Positions 63,332-64,000 of a stretch of 64,000 nt of DNA are shown in pieces (the first letter of the stretch is position 1; each line of letters starts with the position of its first letter). The notes under the pieces are model-generated. The model was not told the origin of the DNA. It made no database searches and was given only the letters and a program-made list of their open reading frames with translations. Source of the stretch: Azolla caroliniana (taxonomy: Eukaryota > Plantae > Polypodiophyta); NCBI GenBank assembly GCA_043228905.1, contig JBHGNT010000002.1:9238001-9302000 (forward strand), given 5' to 3'. The translations under genes were made by a program, and so were the position numbers.

Positions 63332-63934
63332 AATATTTTACAGTATTGTTTTGGGAAGTTAGGTTAGCATGCATACTTTTTGTTTAAGCTTTTACAATAT
63401 TGTTTCAGGAAGTTAGGTTGGCGTAAATACTTTTTGTTAATACATCTTTCTTTCTTTGTTGTGCATCAGATTCAGCTATTTAAACAAATGGTTATGATAT
63501 AGAGGCATAACAATAGGAGAGGGAGACACAGAAAGACAGAGAAGAAGACGAAGATAATTAGAGTTCAGATGCTATATACAACCACATAATAATCCTGTAC
63601 AAAGAGAGAGAAAACAACAAGTTTAATTGAAGAAATATTTTACAGTATTGTTTTGGGAAGTTAGGTTAGCATGCATACTTTTTGTTTAAGCTTTTACAAT
63701 ATTGTTTCAGGAAGTTAGGTTGGCATAAATACTTTTTGTTAATACATCTTTCTTTCTTTCTTGTGCATCAGATTCGGCTATTTAAACAAATATTTATGAT
63801 ATAGAGGGATAACAATAGGCGAGGGAGACACAGAAAGACAGAGAAGAAGAAGATAATTAGAGTTCAGATGTTAAATACAACCACATAATAACACTGTACA
63901 AAAAGAGAGAAAACAGCAAGTTTAATTGAAGAAA
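63332..63934. repeat. 302-bp tandem duplication in an SPL intron
   Basis: AATATTTTACAGTATTGTTTTGGGAAG starts at 63332 and again at 63634. Confidence 0.9.
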
Positions 63935-64000
63935 AATCACAGTACATATTACCTGGAGAGTAATAACTCTTAGATCTTTCTTTCTTTCTTTCTTTCTTGT

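Overview
Repeat-rich nuclear DNA of a land plant, most likely a seed-free plant such as a fern. That assignment is inferred from a Tcn1-like chromovirus and an RTEX-like LINE, and the species cannot be determined. Five spliced protein genes can be reconstructed by hand: a HIT-fold + CCCH zinc-finger protein (15614-16842 +), a GH17-X8-GPI beta-1,3-glucanase-like protein (22351-24233 -), a bZIP60 orthologue (32820-36289 -), a phytoglobin with an extra N-terminal exon (53763-55865 +), and the 3' part of an SPL1/12-type gene (59846-62701 -). There is also one tRNA-Ala(UGC) gene (51461-51533). The rest is largely transposons: a Ty3/gypsy chromovirus, three Ty1/copia elements, two LINE remnants, solo LTRs, a hAT MITE and a Mutator-like foldback MITE, including a three-level nest at 38.5-49.8 kb. 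Main observations: (1) an antisense tRNA-type Pol III A/B-box module recurs near the 5' edge of several different LTRs, and two later insertions landed in or next to it; (2) a 23-nt IRE1 intron in bZIP60 forms only after a 1.35-kb spliceosomal intron is removed; (3) the gypsy element has a -1 frameshift heptamer with a stem/pseudoknot; (4) two intact genes look like pseudoenzymes (the HIT triad is lost; the GH17 nucleophile is Glu>Gly); (5) the phytoglobin may be organelle-targeted. All coordinates and mismatch counts were read manually, and no database search was run.
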